A DNA stretch of 33,804 bases from an uncultured Fibrobacterota bacterium. GTDB lineage: Bacteria > Fibrobacterota > Chitinivibrionia > Chitinivibrionales > FEN-1185. Below, one piece after another: positions 9,721-20,079 of this stretch. The translations under genes and the position numbers were made by a program. Below the pieces are notes generated by a model, which was given only the letters and a program-made list of their open reading frames with translations, searched no databases and was not told the origin of the DNA. The stretch lies in contig CAVSQB010000021.1 in assembly GCA_963729895.1 (NCBI GenBank), positions 1 through 33,804 of the forward strand, given 5' to 3'. Each line of letters opens with the position of its first letter. Positions within the stretch are counted from its first letter, which is position 1.

Positions 9721-10088
9721 CTAGGCCGTCTTCCTGACACAGTAAACATCTTGAAGCAATTTCTTTCCTGCTTCCTGGTTGTCGACAAATTCGAATCCTG
9801 ACCAGTGGTTTCGCGCATAGACTTCAGGTATGCACGTTTCTCCGTAAAAAGAGGAGTCCAATGGGCCGCCACCGCCTCCGGTGACGCTGAAACAATACTT
9901 CCCCTGATCGTAATCGCTTAATGCGGCATCTATATCCGGAAAAGCCTCTGTCGCAAGAGCGGTGTGAAAAAGTCCTTGAGGCTTCTCTGTGTTTCTTTGC
10001 CTCGCGAAGAATCCGCTGAAACTCATGAATCCATTCCAAGTGGGATTCTTCAGAAAGATGTGAAAAAACCGAGTACAAGTAAATTAGA
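9721..10088 (-). pseudogene. Class I SAM methyltransferase, 3' part (split by IS1380, plus internal frameshift/deletion)
   Basis: Continues DL|IYLYSVFSHLSEESHLEWIHEFQRILR across the TSD; later frame gives FYGETCIPEVYARNHW. Confidence 0.8.
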
Positions 10089-11731
10089 CCTGATTCCGTG
10101 AGATAAGGTTATTAAAAACAAATTGACGGCGTTGACAAGAACGAATATGGTTGCTAAGGCTTCTTGATAAGTTGTTGCCGGGGTGATTCCACTATGATTT
10201 GCGCTTCTGACCCCATGGTTGACAAATACACTCAACGTGTCGGTGGCGACGTTTGTTTGGTTACGGGTCTATTTCCGTTTATTGCTCTCCTTAGGTCAGC
10301 CATCCGTGGCGAACGCCAGATACGTTTGCGTCCACGCTATGCGGAGTTGATTCCGCCGCGACAGGGCAAGCATCAACCGGCGGGCATGCGTTATCACGCG
10401 TGCTGCTATGTACATAAGATCCTGAATGACCTTCCGCAATCTCCGGCGTGCAACTTTCTTACGCGGCACGTACCCCTTGTCGATTCCAACTTGGCCGCAG
10501 AGCCGCAGCATGTTGAACGCAAGAACCGCCAACGTCAACACCAATGCGTTGGTCGTGAACTTCCCGCTGGGAAGCCGCTCCAGCGCCATATCACTCTTCA
10601 GCTCCGAGTGAAACTGCTCGCTGGTGCCATGATCCCGGTACGCTGCAATAACGTCGTCCGGGCCGGCGTTGCGTCTGCTCAGGCTCGTCCACCACGTGTG
10701 AACCTCTACATCCGGCAGCAGCAAGGCGTTTCCGTCGCGGTCGATTGTCCGTTCGATCACCTCGAACACAACGCGCATGTTTTCGCCGTTTCTTTCCCGT
10801 ATTGTCTCACCAACGTACACGGTCTTGCCTTCACGAGGATGACGCCAGTCACCGAGCGCTTGAGCATCCACGAGCCATTCGTCAATAGATTCCCTGCGTA
10901 TGTTCCGTTTGATTATGTAATCGACCTTTTCCTTGCGGCAGACTCGCATGTTTTCAATATCGTCATGTCCGGCATCAAGACGCACAAGGATCGAACGATC
11001 CGTTATTTTTCGAGCAAGGGCTATGGTCTTGCGCAGAAACTCCGGAGTTCCTTCCTGGCAATGTTGTTTCCCTTCGCGCAACTCCGCGTTCAGCAGGTAG
11101 CCTTCCACGCCTATGTAGGCAAGCATCGGAGAATATCCCTCGAACAACTTGTACGTGCAGCTTACGCCTTCCTTATGAGAACCACTGTTGTCAAAAGGAG
11201 ATACGTCAGCGTCAATCGGAATATACGGTCCAAAGCAGGCGGTGAGCCGTGGCGCTGCTTTTTTCAACAGGGACGCCGAAGCGGAAAGGACTGCGTTTTG
11301 AACGGTCAGGCCCGTTTCGTCCATTCGCTGCCGCAGTGTAGCCTCGGAAGGAACCGCTTTCAATCCAAGCATCTCCTGAAAATAGTCGTCTTCACGAAAC
11401 TGCTCGACCCCGTCAAAGTCTGGTTTGGCAAGACACAAAAGCCCCGTCATGGTCAGCAGCGCGTCCGCGGTGCTTATACTCCCGCTCTTCTTGTCCGGAG
11501 TAACCTGCGAAACACGCTCGCGCAAACCGGATCGCTCCGCAAGCATCCCGATCATTGCCATTCCACCATGGCTGGTCAGAAACTCGTCCGTCTCCGTGAT
11601 TATCAACTTTCTCGGCTTTGGCATGACACCTTCCGGGTGAATAATGTGAACTGCCATTTAGTCAAGCACCATTCACCCTTAATCTACACGAAAAATCATC
11701 AAAATGCCAAAGTTTTTCTCACGGATTTAGG
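10089..11731 (-). mobile_element. IS1380-family insertion sequence, complete
   Basis: TIR CCTGATTCCGTGAGA vs CCTAAATCCGTGAGA; 5-bp TSD TTAGA at 10084-10088 and 11732-11736. Confidence 0.95.
10296..11624 (-). CDS. IS1380-family transposase
   Basis: LTSHGG, PSEATLRQR, IDADVS, LRxGxQH, VRLDAG, HGTSEQFHSELK. Start at MPKPRK (alternative 11657). Confidence 0.93.
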   Translation of the reverse strand: MPKPRKLIITETDEFLTSHGGMAMIGMLAERSGLRERVSQVTPDKKSGSISTADALLTMTGLLCLAKPDFDGVEQFREDDYFQEMLGLKAVPSEATLRQRMDETGLTVQNAVLSASASLLKKAAPRLTACFGPYIPIDADVSPFDNSGSHKEGVSCTYKLFEGYSPMLAYIGVEGYLLNAELREGKQHCQEGTPEFLRKTIALARKITDRSILVRLDAGHDDIENMRVCRKEKVDYIIKRNIRRESIDEWLVDAQALGDWRHPREGKTVYVGETIRERNGENMRVVFEVIERTIDRDGNALLLPDVEVHTWWTSLSRRNAGPDDVIAAYRDHGTSEQFHSELKSDMALERLPSGKFTTNALVLTLAVLAFNMLRLCGQVGIDKGYVPRKKVARRRLRKVIQDLMYIAARVITHARRLMLALSRRNQLRIAWTQTYLAFATDG

Positions 11732-12281
11732 TTAGATCAATGCTAGAATCGTGAAAATCCATTGGCGGGGAAACCGGGCTTACCTGGAAATCGCACCATT
11801 TGTTGGTTGCGCGGCATATATCAATCGCCTCCCGCCAACAGTCGCGGCCATGAAGGCGTTCATGCGCGATGTCCCGTAGGAAGAATCGAATAATACGCCC
11901 CCACCCGCACCCGAAATCAAGCAGGTCCATTTTGTCAAGTGGTTTGTTTCCGTAAATTTTTGCCCAGAAGACTATCTGATTAAAGAACGAAAACGCTTCC
12001 AGCATTGTGCTCTCGCCCGTACTGCCCGTCCAGCTTCTTTGGATGTAGAAGGAAGGCATTTCCGGGATAAGTCTGCCAGTGTCATACCCGGTAGCGCCGC
12101 TGAAAGTCATCAGCCAAAAGAAGTATCTGTTGTCGGCGTTCTTGAAGAAGTCTCTGGGGGTTATGGTCTTGTCTTGAAAAGTTCTTAAGCGGGATATGAA
12201 GCGTTCTCGGTAGAATGGATGGTTGAAATGTCGGAATGGCTCCAAGAAATGTTTCGCGTATTCTTTCGATAGATTGAGCAT
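11732..12281 (-). pseudogene. Class I SAM methyltransferase, 5' part
   Basis: LLDFGCGWGRIIRFF motif I; cut by IS1380. Confidence 0.85.
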
Positions 12282-12519
12282 TTGAAAAGCCCTTCTTAAT
12301 CACATTCAAATGAGGGGATCAGCATTTGATTTATTCTGAGATCTTAAATATAGGTGATTTGTTGGCGCACACCAAAGACCTGTAGTTCTCTACTGACGTC
12401 TTTTCCGTGACCGAGATAATCAGACAGCGGCTTGCCTAACTTAGGCCTGCAAAATCGTCCTCATAAGAAGTATATTTCGTACTCCATCGGGCTAATAGCC
12501 GGAATTTGGGAGAGGATAC

Positions 12520-13305
12520 ATGGGAAACAGAACAGCAGGCAATACAATCGTATTCATACATGGACTTTTTGCGACACCCATGATTTGGAGCGACTGGATC
12601 ACATTCTTTGAGAGAAAAGGGTACAAGTGCTTTGCGCCTCCGTACCCATTTCACCAGGGAAATCCAGCAGATCTTCGCACAACCATTAATCCCGACTTGC
12701 GAAAGCTCACCTTTGGTCAAGTTACAAGCAGTTTATCCGGCTATGTTGACAGTCTGCCTGACAAACCTATTCTCATTGGACACTCTATGGGCGGTCTTGT
12801 CGTTCAAAAACTCATCGAAGGAAATAAGGGAGTTGCTGGAATTTGCCTCGACGCCGCGCCACCCAAAGGAATCTTCAGCTTTAAGTGGAGTTTTCTGAAA
12901 TCTGGTTTCCCGATTCTAAATCCGCTCAAGGGAGATTCGGTTTACCTGCCGAATGTCAAATGGTTTAACTACGCGGTTTGCAACACCCAAACGATGGAAG
13001 AAACTCAGCTCGGGTATGACAGGCTTGTTGTTCCCGAAAGCAGAAATATTGTGCGAAGCGTTATGATGACCCGGGACGGGAAGATTGACTTCAAGAAGCC
13101 GCACAATCCCTTATTGTTCATTGCAGGTGAAAAAGACCATATCATTCCTCCCTCATTAAACAAACGGAACTTTAAAGCATATACAGACAAGAACAGCAAG
13201 ACGGATTTTAAGGAATTCAAGGGAAGAACGCATGATATTTTTGGACAAGAGGGCTGGGAAGAAATTGCAGAGTATGTGGAGAAATGGATTTCGGGTTTGA
13301 AATGA
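12520..13305 (+). CDS. Alpha/beta hydrolase
   Basis: FIHG, GHSMGG nucleophile elbow, GEKDH, RTHD. Confidence 0.93.
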   Translation: MGNRTAGNTIVFIHGLFATPMIWSDWITFFERKGYKCFAPPYPFHQGNPADLRTTINPDLRKLTFGQVTSSLSGYVDSLPDKPILIGHSMGGLVVQKLIEGNKGVAGICLDAAPPKGIFSFKWSFLKSGFPILNPLKGDSVYLPNVKWFNYAVCNTQTMEETQLGYDRLVVPESRNIVRSVMMTRDGKIDFKKPHNPLLFIAGEKDHIIPPSLNKRNFKAYTDKNSKTDFKEFKGRTHDIFGQEGWEEIAEYVEKWISGLK

Positions 13306-13378
13306 AGGCGGGGCAGATGGGGGTAAGAGAAAAATAAGGAATCTTGGAATGCAAACCCTCGGCAAGCAAGAATGAAGG

Positions 13379-13750
13379 ATGACGAAAATGGAAACAGGTA
13401 AGATAATCAGGGCTGTTGACGAAATAGACGACGCAAAGTCATTGCGAAGAAAGATGAAGACCCTGGTTGGGGTTTCATTCGTTCTCATATGCGCCTCAAT
13501 AATAGAGGCGCGCATGTATTATCATCATTGGTGGGGGATAGTTATTTTCTGGGCCATGATGTTAACTCCGGCCGGGTTACTCATTTCAACAATATTGGAT
13601 TCGAGCAATTCAATTGGAATTGCCACTTCAAGAGACGACAATAAAACTTTCTTAATGAGAAAAGGGATGGCGAAGAAGAAGAAATATAGATGGAGAAGAC
13701 TTGCTGAGGATGAAAGGAAAATGCTAACAGAATTGGAAAAGGCTGAATGA
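13379..13750 (+). CDS. Hypothetical membrane protein (2 TM)
   Basis: 123-aa ORF with RBS-like GAAGG, two hydrophobic segments and a basic tail. Confidence 0.55.
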   Translation: MTKMETGKIIRAVDEIDDAKSLRRKMKTLVGVSFVLICASIIEARMYYHHWWGIVIFWAMMLTPAGLLISTILDSSNSIGIATSRDDNKTFLMRKGMAKKKKYRWRRLAEDERKMLTELEKAE

Positions 13751-13940
13751 AGAACCTGGAAACCGACGACCTCGTCCAGGTGATATAAGAATGTCGCTCT
13801 GGGTAGGGTCATGGTGAAGTAATCCATGAAAGCCTGGTTCAGAACATAGGCGTGAGAAAGTTGATAATCTTGACAAAGTTCCCGTTGCAATGCTGTCTTT
13901 CAGATTTGGTGCGGTGCCTGACCGCGGCTAAGAGGTTCCA

Positions 13941-14240
13941 ATGAAAAGCTATTATTTGTTAACAACAAAGCAAAGGTTTGTGACCATTTTGAAATCACTG
14001 ATGGCCGGAGCATTTGCAGTATCGGCATGTGCTGCGCAAAACACTACGAATAGCATTACAGTGAAAGATGCCGATGGAAATGTGTGTCACACGATAAAAA
14101 TAGGTAACCAGGTTTGGACAGTAGAGAATTTGCGAACAACGAAGTTTAATGATAGTTCGGCAGTACCCTTGGTACTGCATAGCATTGCGTGGAAGAATCT
14201 TACCACAGCGGGTTATTGCTGGTACCGAAAGGACCATTGA
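13941..14240 (+). pseudogene. Truncated Fibrobacter succinogenes major paralogous (FISUMP) domain protein
   Basis: DADGNVCHTIKIGNQVWTVENLRTTKFND...AGYCWY, then abrupt end. Confidence 0.8.
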
Positions 14241-14243
14241 CCC

Positions 14244-15044
14244 ATGCGATGTCCTCTGTGCACCACCGAAAACGCGCCCGCATTCAAAGCGCGGCTCGTT
14301 TCGAAGTACGATGTTTCTTATTTCTCATGCGGTACGTGCGGTTTCGTGCACACCCAGGACCCCTTTTGGCTGTCCGAGGTTTACGGGGAAGCATACACCG
14401 ACGAAGACACCGGCGCGCTGCAGCGCAATCTCCATTGCGCGCGGATCGTTCCCTCCGTGATACTGTCGTTCTTCGATCCTGGCGGAAAGTTCCTCGACTT
14501 CGGCGGAGGCCACGGCGTTTTCGCCCGGCTGATGAGAGATCAGGGCTTCAATTTCTATTGGCGCGATCTGCACGCAAAGAACCTCTTTTGCCGCGGCTTC
14601 GAGTTTGCGCCGGAATCGCGGGCCGTGGAACTGGTGACCTGCATCGAGTGCTTCGAACACTTTGCAAGGCCGCTGGAGGAACTTGAGGAAATGCTGGCGA
14701 TTTCATCCAATATTTTTTTCACCACCGATCTGCTGCCCCAGCCCGTCCCGTTGCCGAATCAATGGTATTACTACGCGCCCACGCACGGCCAGCATGTCTC
14801 GTTCTATTCGCCCAAGACGCTTCTGTACCTTGCCGGCAGGTTCGGGCTCAACGCATATTCGAACGGCATCGCCACGCACCTGTTCACAAAAAAGAAGATC
14901 TCCGGTTCACGTTTCAAACGGGCGCTGAGGCCGGGACCGTTTCTTGGGCGCAGGATCGGAATGGCGGTGAAGAGCAGGACAAAGGATGATGAGGAGCGGG
15001 TGACCGCGAAAAAAACGGGTGTGAATGAAGGCCTTCCCGGCTAG
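14244..15044 (+). CDS. Class I SAM-dependent methyltransferase (polysaccharide-locus type)
   Basis: N-terminal CxxC/Cxx[23 protein letters not shown]. Confidence 0.9.
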   Translation: MRCPLCTTENAPAFKARLVSKYDVSYFSCGTCGFVHTQDPFWLSEVYGEAYTDEDTGALQRNLHCARIVPSVILSFFDPGGKFLDFGGGHGVFARLMRDQGFNFYWRDLHAKNLFCRGFEFAPESRAVELVTCIECFEHFARPLEELEEMLAISSNIFFTTDLLPQPVPLPNQWYYYAPTHGQHVSFYSPKTLLYLAGRFGLNAYSNGIATHLFTKKKISGSRFKRALRPGPFLGRRIGMAVKSRTKDDEERVTAKKTGVNEGLPG

Positions 15045-16294
15045 GCGATCTTCTTGTCGATCTTGAGCCCGAACACGGGTTCGATTTTCCCCAGGATCAC
15101 GTCGCGCGTGATAAGGCATTCCCTGATGTCGTCGCGGGAGGGAATTTCGAACATGATGGAAATAAGAACGTTTTCCAGCACGCTTCTGAGGCCGCGCGCG
15201 CCGGTTTTCTTTGCACGCGCGGTCCTCACCACTTCGCGCAGCGCGTCTTGCGAAAAGGTAAGGCGGATGCCTTCCATGGAAAACAGTTTCTGAAACTGCC
15301 GCACAAGCGAATTCTTCGGCTCGGTGAGGATCTTGAGCAGCGCCTCGTCGTCGAGTTCGTCGAGCCCGAACACCGCGGGCACCCTGCCGACGATCTCCGG
15401 GATCATGCCGTACTTGATGAGGTCGTCGGGCTCCACTTTACGGAGGAGATCGCCGATTGAAGCGCCGTGTTTCCGCTTGAGTTCGGCGTTGAACCCCATG
15501 CGGCTCTGGCCGATGCGCGCCTCGATGATATCTTCCAGCCCCACAAATGCGCCTCCGCAGATAAACAGGATGTCGCGGGTGTTGATGGGGATCAGGTTCT
15601 GCTCCGGGTGCTTGCGTCCGCCCTTGGGCGGCACGTTTGCGATGGTGCCTTCGAGGATCTTGAGCATCGCCTGCTGCACGCCCTCGCCGGACACGTCGCG
15701 GGTGATCGACGGGTTGGGGGACTTCCTTGCTATCTTGTCGAATTCGTCTATGTAAATGATGCCCTTCTCGGCCTTTGGAACCTCGTAGTTGGCCACCTGG
15801 AGAAGGCGAACGAGCATGTTTTCCACGTCTTCGCCGACGTAGCCCGCTTCGGTATACACCGTTGCGTCGACGATGGTAAACGGCACCTTGAGTAATTTGG
15901 CCAGCGTCTGGGCGATGAGCGTCTTGCCCGTTCCCGTGGGACCGATGAGCAGAATGTTGCTTTTTTCTATTTCGATGCCGTCGTCGTCAAGCTGCGTGCG
16001 CGACAGGATGCGCTTGAAATGGTTGTACGCGGCGACACACACGCCTTTCTTGACATCATCCTGGCCCACGACGTACTGGTCCAAAAAGCCCTTCATGTCG
16101 CGCGGTGTGGGAAGGGAATCGAGCGCGAGGTCGCCGGGCGTCCTGGTCTTGTCCTCGCGCAGGATCTCGTTGCACATCTCCACGCATTCGTCGCATATGT
16201 GAACGCTCGGCCCGGTAATGAGTTTTGCAACCACGTCGGCGCTCTTGCCGCAGAAGCTGCACTTGATGCCCGGATACTTCGGCTTCGAGTTCAT
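15041..16294 (-). CDS. clpX: ATP-dependent Clp protease ATP-binding subunit ClpX
   Basis: CSFCGK Zn finger, [27 protein letters not shown] loop. Confidence 0.99.
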   Translation of the reverse strand: MNSKPKYPGIKCSFCGKSADVVAKLITGPSVHICDECVEMCNEILREDKTRTPGDLALDSLPTPRDMKGFLDQYVVGQDDVKKGVCVAAYNHFKRILSRTQLDDDGIEIEKSNILLIGPTGTGKTLIAQTLAKLLKVPFTIVDATVYTEAGYVGEDVENMLVRLLQVANYEVPKAEKGIIYIDEFDKIARKSPNPSITRDVSGEGVQQAMLKILEGTIANVPPKGGRKHPEQNLIPINTRDILFICGGAFVGLEDIIEARIGQSRMGFNAELKRKHGASIGDLLRKVEPDDLIKYGMIPEIVGRVPAVFGLDELDDEALLKILTEPKNSLVRQFQKLFSMEGIRLTFSQDALREVVRTARAKKTGARGLRSVLENVLISIMFEIPSRDDIRECLITRDVILGKIEPVFGLKIDKKIA

Positions 16295-16295
16295 G

Positions 16296-16883
16296 TCATT
16301 TTGCCCGTTTGGTAAGTATTTCGTCTATGATGCCGTAGGTCTTGGCCTCTGCAGCGTCCATGAAGAAATTGCGGTCGGTGTCCTTGCGGATCACCTCCAT
16401 GGCCTGGCCCGTGTGCTTCACGAGGATCTCGTTGAGGGTCTCCTTGACGCGCATGATCTCTTTCGCATGGATCGCGATGTCGGTGGCCTGGCCGCCCGCG
16501 CCGCCCGCGGGCTGGTGCAGCATGATGCGCGAATGGGGAAGCGCGTACCGCTTGCCCTTGCTGCCCGCCGCGAGAAGGATCGCTCCCATGCTCGCCGCCT
16601 GGCCGATGCAAATGGTGCACACGTTTGGCTTGATATACTGGATGGTGTCGTAAATAGCAAGCCCTGCCGAGACGACTCCGCCCGGTGAGTTTATATAGAT
16701 GGTGATGTCTTTGTCCGCGTCTTCGTATTCGAGGAAGATGAGCTGCGCCATCACGAGGTCGGCGATGGTTTCGTCGATTTCCTGCGCGAGAAAGATAATA
16801 CGCTCTTTGAGCAGCCGGGAATAGATATCGTACGACCGCTCGCCGCGGCCGGTCTGTTCGACCACTATGGGAACCAGCGACAT
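16296..16883 (-). CDS. clpP: Clp protease proteolytic subunit
   Basis: [28 protein letters not shown]. Confidence 0.99.
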   Translation of the reverse strand: MSLVPIVVEQTGRGERSYDIYSRLLKERIIFLAQEIDETIADLVMAQLIFLEYEDADKDITIYINSPGGVVSAGLAIYDTIQYIKPNVCTICIGQAASMGAILLAAGSKGKRYALPHSRIMLHQPAGGAGGQATDIAIHAKEIMRVKETLNEILVKHTGQAMEVIRKDTDRNFFMDAAEAKTYGIIDEILTKRAK

Positions 16884-16927
16884 GATGGTCTCCTCCCGTT
16901 TATGATGTTATCGATGAGCTACGTTTG

Positions 16928-18241
16928 TCAAGTATCCGACACGCTGCCCGCGTCGCCCGCACCACGAGGGTCTTCTTCCCCGGCAGCCGCGGGAGAGTAT
17001 TCACCGATCAGGAAATCGAGCGTCTTTTGTTCGCGCAGGTCCAACCTGATTCTGTTTGTCGTGCCGTTCGCTCGCAGCGTCTGTTTGAGCTGATCGAAGG
17101 GCTGCTTGTAAGCGGCGGCGAGCTGCTCTACCTGACGGTCGACTTCGGCCTGCGTCGCCTTGATCTTTTCCTGTGCGGCAACATACTCGATTATCTTGAA
17201 CCGCTTGATTGCCCGCATCGCCGTGTCGCGGTATTTCCGTTCGAACTCTTCGCGCGTTGGCGGCGTGTCGCCGGGTCGTTGATAGCGCAGTACCTCTTCC
17301 GCCATATGATCGAGATAACTTTGGATGCGGGCCTCGGGAACCTCAAAGGGATTTTTGTCGATGAGTTTTTCGATGGCCTTCGAATAGGCCTCGTTTTTCG
17401 AACGCTCCGTTTCACGGCGCTCAAGGTCTTTGCGGACAGCTTCCGACAGCGCATCAGCGGACGCAAAATCGCCGAGCTTCTTGAGGAACTCCGGGGTGAG
17501 CTCCGGAACAATCTTTTCCTTCACCGCATTGATCTTCACGGAAAAGAATGCTTCCTTGCCGGCAAGGTCTTTTGTGGAAAAATCCCTGGGGAACTTTATG
17601 GTGATGTCAAGGGCCTCGCCAGCGCTGTGCCCAATAAGGCCTTTGTCGAATTCTTTGATCTCGCCGGTACCAAGCTCTATCGGAAACTGTGGGTTGGAAA
17701 AGTCTTTACGCTCAACGCCGTCTATAATCACTTTCAGGTATTCGATGGCAACGCTGTCGCCCCTTTGGGCCGCCCGAGCCACGTCCTTAAGCTCGGCATT
17801 GCGGTTACGAAGCTCCTCAAGGGCTTTTTCAACGTCGCCGTCTTTTATCTTTTTTGGATCTGCGTTGATGTTAAGGTTCGCGTATCCCTTGATTTCCACG
17901 GGCGGGTCAACCTCAAATTCGATGGAGAAGGAGACGGGCGCGCCTTCATCGGCCTTCAGGTTGCTTATTTTCCCCTTGCTGATCGGCGAAATCGAGTGTT
18001 GCCTGCACGCATCCTCATACGAACGCTCCACCACGTCTTCCACGCTCTGCGAATAAATGGATTTTCCAAACCGGCTCTTGACAAGATCAAGCGGAATTCT
18101 TCCTGGTCTGAACCCCGGCAAAGAGATTTCCTTTTTGTATTTCAGCAGTTTCTTGCTGTAATCCTTTTCAACGTCTTCCCTCGGAATCTCGATATCCAGA
18201 ATGCGGATAAACGATTTCGGCTCCGACACAGATACTTTCAA
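16928..18241 (-). CDS. tig: Trigger factor
   Basis: LPGFRPGRIP ribosome-binding motif, FKBP-like middle domain, synteny with clpPX. TTG start at 18241 after AGGAGG; the ORF-track start runs through the tRNA. Confidence 0.95.
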   Translation of the reverse strand: MKVSVSEPKSFIRILDIEIPREDVEKDYSKKLLKYKKEISLPGFRPGRIPLDLVKSRFGKSIYSQSVEDVVERSYEDACRQHSISPISKGKISNLKADEGAPVSFSIEFEVDPPVEIKGYANLNINADPKKIKDGDVEKALEELRNRNAELKDVARAAQRGDSVAIEYLKVIIDGVERKDFSNPQFPIELGTGEIKEFDKGLIGHSAGEALDITIKFPRDFSTKDLAGKEAFFSVKINAVKEKIVPELTPEFLKKLGDFASADALSEAVRKDLERRETERSKNEAYSKAIEKLIDKNPFEVPEARIQSYLDHMAEEVLRYQRPGDTPPTREEFERKYRDTAMRAIKRFKIIEYVAAQEKIKATQAEVDRQVEQLAAAYKQPFDQLKQTLRANGTTNRIRLDLREQKTLDFLIGEYSPAAAGEEDPRGAGDAGSVSDT

Positions 18242-18273
18242 GAAACCCCTCCTGAAGAAGGTCAAATCCAATG

Positions 18274-18355
18274 TGCGAGAAGGGGGAATCGAACCCCCAC
18301 AGGTTTCCCTACGAGATCCTAAGTCTCGCGCGTCTGCCAGTTCCGCCATCCTCGC
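18274..18355 (-). tRNA. tRNA-Leu (TAG)
   Basis: GCGAGGA/TCTCGC acceptor stem, D-loop TGGCAGACGC, anticodon loop CTTAGGA, long variable arm, GTTCGATT. CCA not encoded. Confidence 0.97.
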
Positions 18356-18414
18356 AGACAGTATAACCCATGCATCGAATTCGAAAAGAGGTGGGCTATA
18401 TCTTGTAGGGTTCT

Positions 18415-18443
18415 AAAATAACTGATAAGGGAGCATTGTACAA
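18415..18443 (-). promoter_or_regulatory. Putative sigma70 promoter for tRNA-Leu-tig-clpP-clpX
   Basis: TTGTAC-N17-TATTTT on the minus strand. Confidence 0.5.
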
Positions 18444-18558
18444 GTTTTTCCCGGGCCTGGTAGTGTCCTAATTGAGATGGTCCGGGATTTTTGAACAGGA
18501 AATAATGGTTTCTTAGTTGGATTCCGAGGGTATTTTTTCATTATCAAAGGAGTCCAAC

Positions 18559-18921
18559 ATGAACCGGAAGCAGCAAGCGAAGGCCGCCGCGATGTCCCCG
18601 AACAGCGATGGCAACCCCGCCAAGCGGACCCGCCGCAAGATCGACGACGCTCTGAAGACGAAGGTGGTTCTGGAAGCCTTGAAGGAGGCCGAACCGCTGT
18701 CCGTTTTGGCAAGTCGGTACGAAGTCCATCCCAACCAGATAGCTCAGTGGCGCAGGCAGTTTCTTGGCAACGCGCAGATGGCTTTTTCGGGAGACAAGAA
18801 CGCCGAGCAAGAGCTTGAGCGCGTTCGCGGTGATCGCGATGAGTATGCACGCAAGGTCGGGGAGCTGACCATGGATGTCGAGTTCCTAAAAAAAAACTTG
18901 CGGAAGCTGGGCATGCTATGA
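18559..18921 (+). CDS. IS3 transposase OrfA
   Basis: HTH (KTKVVLEALK..LASRYEVHPNQIAQW); A9C slippery run at 18888-18897 leads into the open -1 frame. Confidence 0.9.
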   Translation: MNRKQQAKAAAMSPNSDGNPAKRTRRKIDDALKTKVVLEALKEAEPLSVLASRYEVHPNQIAQWRRQFLGNAQMAFSGDKNAEQELERVRGDRDEYARKVGELTMDVEFLKKNLRKLGML

Positions 18922-19760
18922 GAGCAAAGATGGCCGATTCTACAAGCGAGGACTTGACTTTGAAGAGGCAGTGTTCGCTGCTTTCCATTTGTCGGACCTC
19001 GATTTACTATACGCCGCAGACTAGTCCGATGAACAAGTTGCTCATGGATCGTATCGATGAGCTATTCACCGATGACCCCACGCGGGGCACCAGAAGGCTC
19101 CGGGCGGCCATGAGGCGTCAGTTTGGGCTGGAGGTTGGGCGCAGCAAGATTCGCAGGCTGATGGCCCGTATGGGCCTCCACGCGATCTACCGGGCCCTGA
19201 ACACCTCGAAGCCCAATAAGGCACACAAGAAGTACCCGTATCTGCTTCGTGGCGTAGTGGTCAACCACCCCAACCAGGTGTGGAGCACCGATATCACCTA
19301 CATCCGCCTCAACGGCGGCTTCGCTTACCTCTGCGCCGTTATCGACTGGTACAGTCGGTGCGTCCTTGCATGGCGTCTGTCGACCTCGCTGGACAGCGGC
19401 TTCTGCATCGAAGTTCTCAAGGAGGCACTGGCGAAGTACGGAGAACCGGAAATCTTCAACTCGGATCAGGGATGTCAGTTCACCAGCGAGGAGTTCACCT
19501 CGGTGCTCCTTGAACGCGGTATCCGGATCAGCATGGACGGACGAGGGCGGGCGCTGGATAACGTGTTTGTCGAGAGGCTGTGGCGAACGGTCAAGTACGA
19601 CGACATCTACATACGGGGGTACAGCTCCGTTGCCGAGTGCCGCACCGGCCTTGCGGAGTTCTTTGAACGGTACAACAACCGGAGGGAGCACTCGTCCCTC
19701 CTTTACAACTATCCAATGGAAGTGTATATTGGTGAGGTAGTGCTATCAAAGGCAGCTTGA
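18918..19760 (+). CDS. IS3 transposase OrfB (rve)
   Basis: WSTDITYI, NSDQGCQFT, DNVFVERLWRTVKY. Confidence 0.95.
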   Translation: MRAKMADSTSEDLTLKRQCSLLSICRTSIYYTPQTSPMNKLLMDRIDELFTDDPTRGTRRLRAAMRRQFGLEVGRSKIRRLMARMGLHAIYRALNTSKPNKAHKKYPYLLRGVVVNHPNQVWSTDITYIRLNGGFAYLCAVIDWYSRCVLAWRLSTSLDSGFCIEVLKEALAKYGEPEIFNSDQGCQFTSEEFTSVLLERGIRISMDGRGRALDNVFVERLWRTVKYDDIYIRGYSSVAECRTGLAEFFERYNNRREHSSLLYNYPMEVYIGEVVLSKAA

Positions 19761-19825
19761 CGAGCAAGACAGGCAAGGCCAACTAAGCAATCAGAAATTC
19801 CTGTCAAGAAAAGTCGACCATCTCA

Positions 19826-19965
19826 TTTATCTTTTTCTGTTGAACCTCTTTAAAGCCATCTTTGCGTGTTATGACAGCCACATCAATTGCTCCACCAACG
19901 CCTCTTACACCCAACAACCAGTGCTGCATTACAATAGTAGTTCTTATCAAGAAAATTGAAAGATC
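19826..19965 (-). pseudogene. Proteasome-beta-like (Ntn) gene, 3' part
   Basis: In frame after the IS21 TSD: DLSIFLIRTTIVMQHWLLGVRGVGGAIDVAVITRKDGFKEVQQKKI. Confidence 0.85.
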
Positions 19966-20079
19966 AACACAATGCCCAGTCCGCGTAATTTGACCGGTGT
20001 ATCCGGATTAATTTGACCGGACGGATGTCTTTACAGAAAGCGATTTACGGTAATAATATAAATGTTTCCATGTGTCCGG

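Larger units (their letters stand above)
18473..19825 (+). mobile_element. IS3-family insertion sequence
   Basis: TG...CA ends, TIR TGAGATGGTC...ACAGGAA / TTCCTGT...GACCATCTCA; no TSD visible. Confidence 0.93.

Noticed and set aside
10164..11735. 523-aa plus-strand ORF
   Set aside because: Antisense shadow of the IS1380 transposase.
15041..15044. Convergent stop codons sharing CTAG (methyltransferase/clpX)
   Set aside because: Common compact arrangement; no further signal.
16925..18322. 465-aa plus-strand ORF
   Set aside because: Antisense shadow of tig and overlaps the tRNA.
18242..18349. N-terminal extension of trigger factor
   Set aside because: It translates the tRNA-Leu; an RBS supports the TTG start at 18241.
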